Shown piece by piece: positions 56,263 to 64,000 of a stretch of 64,000 nucleotides of DNA; position 1 is the stretch's first letter; each line of letters opens with the position of its first letter. Under the pieces are notes generated by a model, which saw only the letters and a program-made list of their open reading frames with translations, was not told the origin of the DNA and ran no database searches. Location of the stretch: positions 32,001 to 96,000 of the forward strand of contig CAVSTP010000002.1 of assembly GCA_963730935.1 (NCBI GenBank). Reading direction: 5' to 3'. Position numbers and translations under genes: made by a program. The DNA comes from an uncultured Nitrospiraceae bacterium. Its GTDB lineage: Bacteria > Nitrospirota > Nitrospiria > Nitrospirales > Nitrospiraceae.

Positions 56263-56583
56263 ATGGGAGTTGAGAAAGAAAAGAAGGTTCGGAGGTCGAG
56301 GCGGGTCGACCTCAAATGCGAGCTGGGATTCTCCTCCGACGAGATCGAAGGGGAAGCGCATGTCACGAACATTTCGACGGGCGGATGCCGTGCAGAATCG
56401 GAGGTTAACGTCGCAGTGGGACTGCAGTTTGTGGTACTGCTTCACCTGCCGGCGCAAAGCCCGCTCAAGATCGAGCGGGCCGCCGTTCGATGGGTGAAGG
56501 GCAATGCGTTTGGATTGAGCTTCATGCTCTTCCTACCTTCCGAACGGGCAAAACTTCAGAAATATCTCGATACTCTCACTTAG
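56263..56583 (+). CDS. Single-domain PilZ protein
   Basis: RRSRR and NISTGG, VRW...FGLSF. Confidence 0.8.
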   Translation: MGVEKEKKVRRSRRVDLKCELGFSSDEIEGEAHVTNISTGGCRAESEVNVAVGLQFVVLLHLPAQSPLKIERAAVRWVKGNAFGLSFMLFLPSERAKLQKYLDTLT

Positions 56584-56597
56584 CTTCGGCGACCTTT

Positions 56598-57239
56598 TCA
56601 CTCCAGGATTATGACGGTCATTTCGATCCGATCGTTTGGCAGATCTTGTTCATTTCTCGGAAGACCGACGATCTTGTCGGCAATGCCCAAACCCTTGGTC
56701 ACTTCGCCGAACACCGTATATTTGCGATCGAGAAAGAACGAATCTTCTACGACGATGAAAAATTGCGAGCCGGCCGTATCCGGCTCGCTTGCCCGGGCCA
56801 TCGACACGATGCCGCGCTTGTGGGGTGTTTCGGAAAATTCCGCCTTCAAGAGAATCGGATGGCCTTTTTCATCTTTCGGGCCGCCCTGTCCGAACGTCTC
56901 TTTCCTGAGCGAGTTTTTTGTGTTCGGATCGCCTCCCTGAATCATAAAGCCCGGGATGATTCGATGAAAAATCGTCCCGTTGTAAAACCCTGCCTTGGCC
57001 AGCTTGATGAAGTTCTCCACATGCTTCGGAGCGAGGTCGGGGAAGAATTTCATCTCCATTTCACCAAATCTGGTCTTGATGATGGCTTTCGGCCCCGGGG
57101 GTGGAGGCGGAGGAACCACCACCTTGGTATCGACTTTTCCTCCACATCCGGCGAGCACGCCCACGGCCATCAACGCGCACACCAGGGCGGCGCTCCTTCT
57201 TGGGAGTGCTGTGGTTCCAGTGGCAAGCGGTCTGAGCAT
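56598..57239 (-). CDS. Cyclophilin-type peptidyl-prolyl isomerase, lipoprotein
   Basis: LAGC lipobox, FHRIIPGFMIQGGDP, SMAR, AGSQFFI, YTVFG. Confidence 0.92.
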   Translation of the reverse strand: MLRPLATGTTALPRRSAALVCALMAVGVLAGCGGKVDTKVVVPPPPPPGPKAIIKTRFGEMEMKFFPDLAPKHVENFIKLAKAGFYNGTIFHRIIPGFMIQGGDPNTKNSLRKETFGQGGPKDEKGHPILLKAEFSETPHKRGIVSMARASEPDTAGSQFFIVVEDSFFLDRKYTVFGEVTKGLGIADKIVGLPRNEQDLPNDRIEMTVIILE

Positions 57240-57241
57240 GT

Positions 57242-57829
57242 CTATTCGACGGCCACCGTAATTTCTACACGCTCATTGGGAAGGTCATTACGAGGATTTC
57301 TCGGAAGGTTGACGATCTTATCCGCCACGTCCATCCCCTTCACCACCTCTCCAAACACGGTGTATTGGCTATCGAGGAAGTTGGAATCTTTGACGACAAT
57401 GAAGAACTGAGAGCCGGCGCTGTTTGGATCGTTGCTCCGAGCCATAGAGACGATCCCCCGGCGATGCGGCGTGTCATTGAATTCGGCTTTGAGTTTTTCA
57501 CTGGGGCCGCCCATCCCATAGGTCTCCGGCTTCTTCGGATCCTTCGTATTGGGGTCACCCCCTTGAATCATGAAGCCGGGTATCACTCGATGGAAAATGG
57601 TTCCGTTGTAATAGCCCGACTTGGCCAGCTTGACGAAATTCTGAACATGATTCGGCGCCTTGTCGGGGAAGAACACGATCTCCATGTCTCCGAATTTCGT
57701 CTTGATCACGGCTTTGGACGTCTTGCCGGCGGCGCCGTCTGCGGCATGCAGCACCGCTGCACCGGGAACCCCTAGCGTGCTCATCAGCAGGCACAGGCCG
57801 AATGCGAACAAGATCTTCCGTCTAGCCAT
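57242..57829 (-). CDS. Cyclophilin-type peptidyl-prolyl isomerase, exported
   Basis: Signal peptide, FHRVIPGFMIQGGDP, SAGSQFFI. Confidence 0.92.
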   Translation of the reverse strand: MARRKILFAFGLCLLMSTLGVPGAAVLHAADGAAGKTSKAVIKTKFGDMEIVFFPDKAPNHVQNFVKLAKSGYYNGTIFHRVIPGFMIQGGDPNTKDPKKPETYGMGGPSEKLKAEFNDTPHRRGIVSMARSNDPNSAGSQFFIVVKDSNFLDSQYTVFGEVVKGMDVADKIVNLPRNPRNDLPNERVEITVAVE

Positions 57830-57888
57830 CTCAGCGTCCTCCTTTGTGGATCTTTTGTGAGTGATATCTTACCACGGCTCAACGGCCC

Positions 57889-58596
57889 TCACGGACGGCC
57901 TTCTTGCAAGGCTTGCTTTGCCGCCGATTGTTCTGCTTCTTTCTTGCTGCGTCCCGTTCCTCTGCCGACCACTTCTCCGTTGACGCTCACTTCGACCTCA
58001 AAGACCTTGTCATGGTCCGGTCCCGACTCTCGAACCACCGCATAGGACGGAAGGCTGTCGAACCGTCGCTGACACCACTCCTGGACTTGAGTTTTGTAAT
58101 CGTCCTCACCGGGGCGATGTTGCTGACTAGCAACCTGCGAGAACTCGTGCTCGAATAGCCTGGCCACGACGCGGCGTGAAGACTCGAGGCCGCCGTCGAC
58201 GTGCACCGCAGCGATCACGGCTTCCACGGCATCGGCAAGCAGCGAGTCTTTTTCGCGGCCTTTCGAAAGCTCCTCGCCCCGTCCGAGTCTAAGGCAAGAT
58301 CCCAGCTTGAGACGTCTCGCGACACCAGCCAACATCGACTCGCTGACGAGTCGGGCCTTATGCTTAGAGAGGGCACCTTCCGGCGAGTGCGGCAGCAGCG
58401 TCGCCAGCTGTTCGCTCACCACCAGGGAGAGTACGGCGTCACCGAGAAACTCCAGTCGTTCGTTGTCGGACGCTGCGACAGATCGTTGCTCATTCACGTA
58501 GGATTTGTGCGTCAACGCCTCTTCCAGCAAACGGGAATTGCAGAACTGGTAGTCGAGCGCGGATTGAAGGGCATCAAGCGGCGGCGCCGGTGTCAT
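57889..58596 (-). CDS. rnc: Ribonuclease III
   Basis: NERLEFLGDAVL signature, dsRBD with GPDH and SKKEAEQ. Confidence 0.97.
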   Translation of the reverse strand: MTPAPPLDALQSALDYQFCNSRLLEEALTHKSYVNEQRSVAASDNERLEFLGDAVLSLVVSEQLATLLPHSPEGALSKHKARLVSESMLAGVARRLKLGSCLRLGRGEELSKGREKDSLLADAVEAVIAAVHVDGGLESSRRVVARLFEHEFSQVASQQHRPGEDDYKTQVQEWCQRRFDSLPSYAVVRESGPDHDKVFEVEVSVNGEVVGRGTGRSKKEAEQSAAKQALQEGRP

Positions 58597-58622
58597 CGAG
58601 CGAGCACCTTGGAGGTGAAGCG

Positions 58623-59873
58623 TCAGACGTCGGGCTTTTTGAAGAGCAGGCAGGCATTGACCCCGCCGAATCCGAACGAGTTCGACAGCACGACGTTGAC
58701 CGCCGCCGGCCTAGCCTTGTGCGGAACATAGTCGAGGTCGCATTCGGGATCGGGATTGTCCAAATTGATCGTCGGCGGCAGGATGCCGTGGTGAATCGCC
58801 AGGATGCTGAACACGGCTTCGATCCCGCCGGCAGCGCCGAGCAAGTGACCCGTCATCGATTTCGTGGAGCTGACCGGAATCCGCGCGGCCCGGTCGCCGA
58901 AGACCTGTTTGATCGCCTTCGTCTCGATGACATCCGCCATGGTAGAAGTGCCGTGCGCATTGATATAGCTGACCTGATCTTTGGTAATACCGGCATCTGC
59001 GATGACCAACTCCATGCAGCGCACCGCGCCTTCGCCCTCTTCAGAAGGAGCGGTGATGTGATACGCGTCGCTGTTCATGCCGTACCCAATCAACTCGGCA
59101 TAGACACGAACTCCGCGGCGCCGGGCGTGCTCCAACTCTTCCAGCACGATGACACCCGCACCCTCGCCGAGCACGAACCCGTCTCTGTCCTTATCGAACG
59201 GGCGGCTGGCTTTGGTCGGTTCGTCGTTACGGAACGAGAGCGCTTTCGAGGCGGCAAAGCCGGCTACGCCGAGGGTCGTGATCGCCGCTTCGGCACCACC
59301 GGCGACCATCACGTCGGCATCGCCCCGCTGAATGAGCCTGAACGCATCGCCGATGCAATGATTGCCCGTCGCGCAGGCCGTCACCGCACAAGAATTGGGG
59401 CCCTTGGCGCCCAACCGGATCGCGACCTGTCCAGACGCCAGATTGATGATCGTCATGGGAATGAAGAAGGGTGAGACGCGGCCGGGACCTTTGTCTTTGA
59501 GGACGGTGTGATAGTGCTCGATGGATCCGAGCCCGCCGATCCCCGACCCGATGTAGACGCCGACCTTGGTCGCCACTTCCGGTGATACTTTTAAACCTGC
59601 ATCATCCACGGCCAATTGAGCAGCGCCGACGGCGTAGTGGATGAAGGCATCCATCTTCTTGATGTCTTTTTTCTCGATGAACTGGGCCGGATCGAAATCT
59701 TTGACCTCACCGGCAATTTGGGCGTCATACCCGGCAGGATCGAACTTGGTGATCCGGCCGATCCCCGACTGGCCGGCACAGATCGCCTTCCATGTCTTGT
59801 CTACGCCGGTCCCGAGCGGGGTCACGACCCCCAGGCCAGTGACGACGATGCGTCTCTTCGCACGATCAGTCAT
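58623..59873 (-). CDS. fabF: Beta-ketoacyl-ACP synthase II
   Basis: [29 protein letters not shown]. Confidence 0.97.
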   Translation of the reverse strand: MTDRAKRRIVVTGLGVVTPLGTGVDKTWKAICAGQSGIGRITKFDPAGYDAQIAGEVKDFDPAQFIEKKDIKKMDAFIHYAVGAAQLAVDDAGLKVSPEVATKVGVYIGSGIGGLGSIEHYHTVLKDKGPGRVSPFFIPMTIINLASGQVAIRLGAKGPNSCAVTACATGNHCIGDAFRLIQRGDADVMVAGGAEAAITTLGVAGFAASKALSFRNDEPTKASRPFDKDRDGFVLGEGAGVIVLEELEHARRRGVRVYAELIGYGMNSDAYHITAPSEEGEGAVRCMELVIADAGITKDQVSYINAHGTSTMADVIETKAIKQVFGDRAARIPVSSTKSMTGHLLGAAGGIEAVFSILAIHHGILPPTINLDNPDPECDLDYVPHKARPAAVNVVLSNSFGFGGVNACLLFKKPDV

Positions 59874-59888
59874 CGATGCGTCCAGAAG

Positions 59889-60122
59889 CTAGGCTTTTTC
59901 CTTGATGTAATCGAGAGCTTTGCCTACCGTGAGAATCTTCTCGGCGTCCTCGTCTGGAATCTCGATGCCGAATTCTTCTTCGAGCGCCATGACAAGCTCA
60001 ACAGTATCCAACGAGTCCGCCCCGAGGTCTTCGACGAAACTCGCCTCGGACGTCACTTCATCTTCCTCAACTCCGAGCTGCTCCGCGATAATTTTCTTCA
60101 CCCGTTCGTCTACTGTAGCCAT
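59889..60122 (-). CDS. acpP: Acyl carrier protein
   Basis: [12 protein letters not shown]. Confidence 0.97.
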   Translation of the reverse strand: MATVDERVKKIIAEQLGVEEDEVTSEASFVEDLGADSLDTVELVMALEEEFGIEIPDEDAEKILTVGKALDYIKEKA

Positions 60123-60190
60123 AAACGTGCTGTCCTCCTTCCAGATCGTGTCGGTTCCTCGGCGGTCTTGTCTTCCGCCGCTAGTCCTTA

Positions 60191-60934
60191 TCAGGACATG
60201 AGCATCCCACCATTGACGTGCAGCACATGACCCGTAATATATGCTGCGTCTTCAGAGACAAGAAAGCGAACGGCATTCGCGATATCGGCCGGAGTACCCA
60301 GCCTCGCAAGAGGGATTTGTTTTTGAAGCGCTTCCTTGACGTCGGTCGACAACCCTTGCGTCATAGCCGTGTCGATGAATCCGGGCGCTACAGCATTCAC
60401 GGTCACATTCCTGCTGGCGTATTCCCGCGCAACCGTCTTCGTAAACCCGATGACGGCCGCCTTCGAGGCGGCATAGTTGGCCTGGCCGACATTCCCCATC
60501 GCCCCGACGATGGAGGCAATATTGACTATCCGACCATAGCGCTGTTTGGTCATGGGCTGCAAGACCGCCTTCGTGCAGTGAAATGTGCCGTTCAAGTTGA
60601 CCTGAAGCACCAGGTTCCAGTCCTCTTCCTTCATTCTCAGTAGCAAGCCGTCCCGCGTTATCCCCGCATTGTTGACCAAAATATCGATCTTCCCCCAATC
60701 CTTGAGGATCTGCTCCGCCATCGCCTTCGTGTCGTTGGCGTCGGCGACGTTCACTTTCAGGTTGAGGGCTTTCCTTCCCGCTTTTTCAACGGCCGCCACC
60801 GTTTCCTTGGACCGCGTCGGATCGAGATCGGCGACCACGATGTCCGCCCCGGCCCCGGCCAATGTTTCCGCGATGGCACGGCCGATGCCCTGTGCCGCGC
60901 CTGTGACGATTGCTACTCGTCCCTGCAATAACAT
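60191..60934 (-). CDS. fabG: 3-oxoacyl-ACP reductase
   Basis: [27 protein letters not shown]. Confidence 0.96.
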   Translation of the reverse strand: MLLQGRVAIVTGAAQGIGRAIAETLAGAGADIVVADLDPTRSKETVAAVEKAGRKALNLKVNVADANDTKAMAEQILKDWGKIDILVNNAGITRDGLLLRMKEEDWNLVLQVNLNGTFHCTKAVLQPMTKQRYGRIVNIASIVGAMGNVGQANYAASKAAVIGFTKTVAREYASRNVTVNAVAPGFIDTAMTQGLSTDVKEALQKQIPLARLGTPADIANAVRFLVSEDAAYITGHVLHVNGGMLMS

Positions 60935-60950
60935 GCCCGCTCCTTCGTTC

Positions 60951-61889
60951 TTACAAACTCAAGGCAGCCCGCGTGGCCTCCAACGATTTCGGATCGTTTA
61001 CATTCAGAGTTGTCGCGTCCGGTGCAATCCGTCGGATCAATCCGGTCAGAACGGTCCCTGGACCGATCTCGACAAACGTCTTCACCCCCATGGCTGCCAT
61101 GGCCTTGACCGAATCTTCCCACAGCACTGACGACGGGAGTTGCCGCACGAGCGAGGCCTGAATATCAGCGGCCTTCACGATCGGCTTGGCTTCTGCATTG
61201 TTGATTAACGGCATGCGAAGGTCAGTCCAGGCGATTGACGCGAGAGCAGCCGCCAGACGGTCGGCGGCTTTCTGCATCAGCGGTGTATGCACCGGAACAC
61301 TCACCGGCAACGGCACGGCTTTCTTACATCCCTTGGTCTTGGCAATTTCGATGGCCCGTTCCACAGCTGCTTTTTCGCCGGCAATGACAACCTGACCGGG
61401 CGAATTGAAATTGGCGGCTTGAACCACCCCGGCCGACGCCGCTTCACGGCAGGCTTCTTTCACCGCTTCAGCAGCCAGCCCCAGCAAGGCCGCCACCGCT
61501 CCTGTTCCGGCAGGCACCGCCTCGGACATATACCGTCCACGCTTCTGCACAATGGCCACGGCATCCCGGAATGTCAGGCCCCCGGCTGCGACCAGCGCCG
61601 TATACTCCCCCAGACTATGTCCTGCGACCGCCGCCGGCGTGATCGTCGTAGGATGCAACGCCCTCAGCGCGGCGACACTCGAGACCAACAACGCCGGCTG
61701 GGTATGTTCCGTGAGATTGAGCGTTTCTGCAGGCCCGTTGAAACAGAGAGCGGCGATGTCGTAGCCCAGGACTGCCGAAGCCTCCTCGTAGATCTGCGTG
61801 AGGTGAGGGAAGGCATCACAGAGCGCTTTACCCATCCCTACGGACTGCGATCCCTGCCCGGGAAATACGAAGCCGACACCTGAATTCAT
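60951..61889 (-). CDS. fabD: Malonyl-CoA-ACP transacylase
   Basis: FPGQGSQ, GHSLGEY, EIGPG. Confidence 0.96.
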   Translation of the reverse strand: MNSGVGFVFPGQGSQSVGMGKALCDAFPHLTQIYEEASAVLGYDIAALCFNGPAETLNLTEHTQPALLVSSVAALRALHPTTITPAAVAGHSLGEYTALVAAGGLTFRDAVAIVQKRGRYMSEAVPAGTGAVAALLGLAAEAVKEACREAASAGVVQAANFNSPGQVVIAGEKAAVERAIEIAKTKGCKKAVPLPVSVPVHTPLMQKAADRLAAALASIAWTDLRMPLINNAEAKPIVKAADIQASLVRQLPSSVLWEDSVKAMAAMGVKTFVEIGPGTVLTGLIRRIAPDATTLNVNDPKSLEATRAALSL

Positions 61890-61980
61890 AAGGGGCTAGA
61901 TATCTTCGAAATGCCTTGGAAAGTCAACGAGAAAAGTTCCAGAAACCGTCCAAAATCCGTAAGCGACTTCGCACGTCTCG

Positions 61981-62955
61981 CTACCATCTGATCAACGCCG
62001 AGGCCCAGGTGAGCCCGGCGCCGAACGCGCCAAGCATGACCAGAGAGCCTTCCGTGATCCGCCCCTGTCGTACCGCCTCATCAAGCGCGATAGGTATCGA
62101 GGCTGCCGACGTGTTGCCGTACCGGTCCAAGTTCAACATGACCTTTTCCAGCGGCAAGCCCAGGCGATCCACTACCGCCTTGAGGATGCGTGCATTGGCC
62201 TGATGGGGCACATACAGGTCGAGATCGGCGACGGTCACATTGTTGGCTGCAAGGGTCTCGCGCGCGATCTCTTCCAGCGTGCGCACCGCCACCTTAAACG
62301 TCTCGTTGCCCTTCATTTTGATGCAGTTCAGTTTTTCTGCGACGACTTTTTCGCACGGCGGCAACCGTGAGCCGCCACCTGGAACGGCAATCAACTCCCA
62401 GAGTGCGCCGTCGGACCGCAAGTGGGTCGAGAGGATGCCATCTGACCCCTCGCTGGCACTGACCACTGCAGCACCCGCCCCATCACCGAAGAGTACACAG
62501 GTGTTCCGGTCAGTCCAATCCGTAATCGCCGACATTACCTCGGATCCGACAACCAAGACATGTCGCATGCCTGTTCTGACATACGCATCCGCCATCGAAA
62601 GCGCATACACAAACCCGCAGCAAGCCGCAGCAAGATCGCAGGCCGCAGCTTTTGTGGCGCCCAATTGGTGTTGGATCAGGCAGGCGGTGGCCGGCAGCGG
62701 ATAATCACCCGTGCAGGTGGCGAGTAAAATCATGTCGAGATCCGCCGCGCTGATCCTTGCGGCGTCAAGCGCACGGCGGGCAGCTTTCACGGCGAGATCG
62801 GAACAGGCCTCTCCGGGACCGACCACATAGCGCGCCCGGATACCCGTGCGCTCGGTGATCCATTGATCCGACGTCGCCACCATGTTTTCCAAGTCGGCAT
62901 TGCTGAGAATTTTTGCCGGCACAGAGGAGCCGGTTCCTGTGATACGGCTCCTCAT
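61981..62955 (-). CDS. fabH: Beta-ketoacyl-ACP synthase III
   Basis: AACCGF, HQAN, GNTSAAS; inside the fab operon. Confidence 0.95.
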   Translation of the reverse strand: MRSRITGTGSSVPAKILSNADLENMVATSDQWITERTGIRARYVVGPGEACSDLAVKAARRALDAARISAADLDMILLATCTGDYPLPATACLIQHQLGATKAAACDLAAACCGFVYALSMADAYVRTGMRHVLVVGSEVMSAITDWTDRNTCVLFGDGAGAAVVSASEGSDGILSTHLRSDGALWELIAVPGGGSRLPPCEKVVAEKLNCIKMKGNETFKVAVRTLEEIARETLAANNVTVADLDLYVPHQANARILKAVVDRLGLPLEKVMLNLDRYGNTSAASIPIALDEAVRQGRITEGSLVMLGAFGAGLTWASALIRW

Positions 62956-63977
62956 ACGGAAGGTTCCTCGGCAGGGCGGCTCTGAGAAAGGCTCTCCTCG
63001 ATGTCGCGCTGAATGAGGGCATCCACATGGCTCTCAGCCAGTCCCTTGGCTCTGCGAATGGCATTCTTGATCGCCTTCGCGGACGAGCGTCCGTGACAGA
63101 TCATCGTGATCCCGTTGACTCCGAGCAATGGAGCACCGCCGAACTCGGCATAATCGATCCGGCGCTTCAGCTTCACCAATGGAGCGGCGATCAAGGGATA
63201 GGCTAGGCGCCCCAAAAACGATCCCGAGATTTCCTTGAACAACAACTTTTTGATGGTGTCGGCCACCCCTTCCGAAATCTTCAATGCCACATTTCCGATG
63301 AATCCGTCGCACACGACGACATCCGCGTTGCCGCTGTAGACATCACGGCCTTCGACGTTGCCGATGAAATTCAGGGGACTGCTCCGCAGCAGTTTGAAGG
63401 CCTCTTTGGTCACTTCGTTGCCCTTGCTGTCCTCCTCGCCGATGCTGAGGAGGCCGACGCGGGGATTCGGCTTCTTGAACAGATGTTGGCCGTATTCATT
63501 CCCCATGATGGCAAATTGCAGAAGATGCTGGGCAGTGCAATCCACGTTGGCGCCCACGTCCAGCATGATCGCTTCTCCGGTCAGGGTCGGCAGGCTGGCG
63601 GCGATGGCAGGACGCTCGACACCCTTGGTCAACCCGAGGATGAAGAACGATGCCACCATGCTGGCTCCGGTATTGCCAGGACTGACAACGGCTTGCGCAT
63701 CGCCGCTCTTGACCAACTCGGTGGCAATCCAGATGGACGAATCGCGTTTCTTGCGTGCGACAGCTGCCGGCGACTCGTGCATCTCTACGACCTGAGGCGC
63801 GTGCTTGATCGACAAGCGGCCATCCCTGCAGCCGAGACGGTGACATTCATCCGAAAGGACCTTTTCGTCGCCGACGAGGATGACTTCAATATTGAGTTCT
63901 TGTGCCGCCTGAAGGGCGCCCTCGATGCAGGGGGCTGGACCATGGTCTCCACCCATGGCGTCGAGAGCAATCTTCAT
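62952..63977 (-). CDS. plsX: Phosphate acyltransferase PlsX
   Basis: DAMGGD, GNTGA, DVGAN, CDGFIGN, HGRS. Confidence 0.96.
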   Translation of the reverse strand: MKIALDAMGGDHGPAPCIEGALQAAQELNIEVILVGDEKVLSDECHRLGCRDGRLSIKHAPQVVEMHESPAAVARKKRDSSIWIATELVKSGDAQAVVSPGNTGASMVASFFILGLTKGVERPAIAASLPTLTGEAIMLDVGANVDCTAQHLLQFAIMGNEYGQHLFKKPNPRVGLLSIGEEDSKGNEVTKEAFKLLRSSPLNFIGNVEGRDVYSGNADVVVCDGFIGNVALKISEGVADTIKKLLFKEISGSFLGRLAYPLIAAPLVKLKRRIDYAEFGGAPLLGVNGITMICHGRSSAKAIKNAIRRAKGLAESHVDALIQRDIEESLSQSRPAEEPSV

Positions 63978-64000
63978 AGCAGTGACATCCTCACAAGAGG

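Overview
High-GC (roughly 60% by eye), mostly core-genome window that looks like a Nitrospira/Nitrospirota chromosome. This is inferred from the clustered reductive TCA genes: five-subunit 2-oxoacid:ferredoxin oxidoreductase, ATP-citrate lyase aclBA, aconitase, monomeric icd, a soluble FrdAB-like pair and sucCD. Also present: hopanoid genes (hpnG partial, shc), smc, ispH, a phoBR-like two-component system converging on fabH2-DUF47-pit, bamD, cytochrome c biogenesis System II, metK-ahcY, one-carbon genes (folD, metF, a separate MetV-like mini-protein), panB, queF, apaH, two tandem cyclophilins, rnc and the plsX-fab-acpP operon. No rRNA, tRNA, CRISPR, transposase or phage genes were seen. Most notable observations: (1) a family of ~125-bp non-coding palindromic elements (5 copies) with compensatory base changes and a conserved asymmetric mismatch, four of them docked at stop codons in the same orientation; (2) a second G/C-tract repeat family, one copy forming a canonical G-quadruplex motif; (3) a ~190-nt rod-like fold between sucC and sucD; (4) a two-gene unit encoding an Rsm22/METTL17-like Fe-S methyltransferase-fold protein and a Popeye-domain-like membrane protein; (5) an orphan indoleamine 2,3-dioxygenase; (6) a 1-bp frameshift in the oxidoreductase alpha subunit. 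All calls are by eye from motifs; no searches were run, and novelty is unverified.
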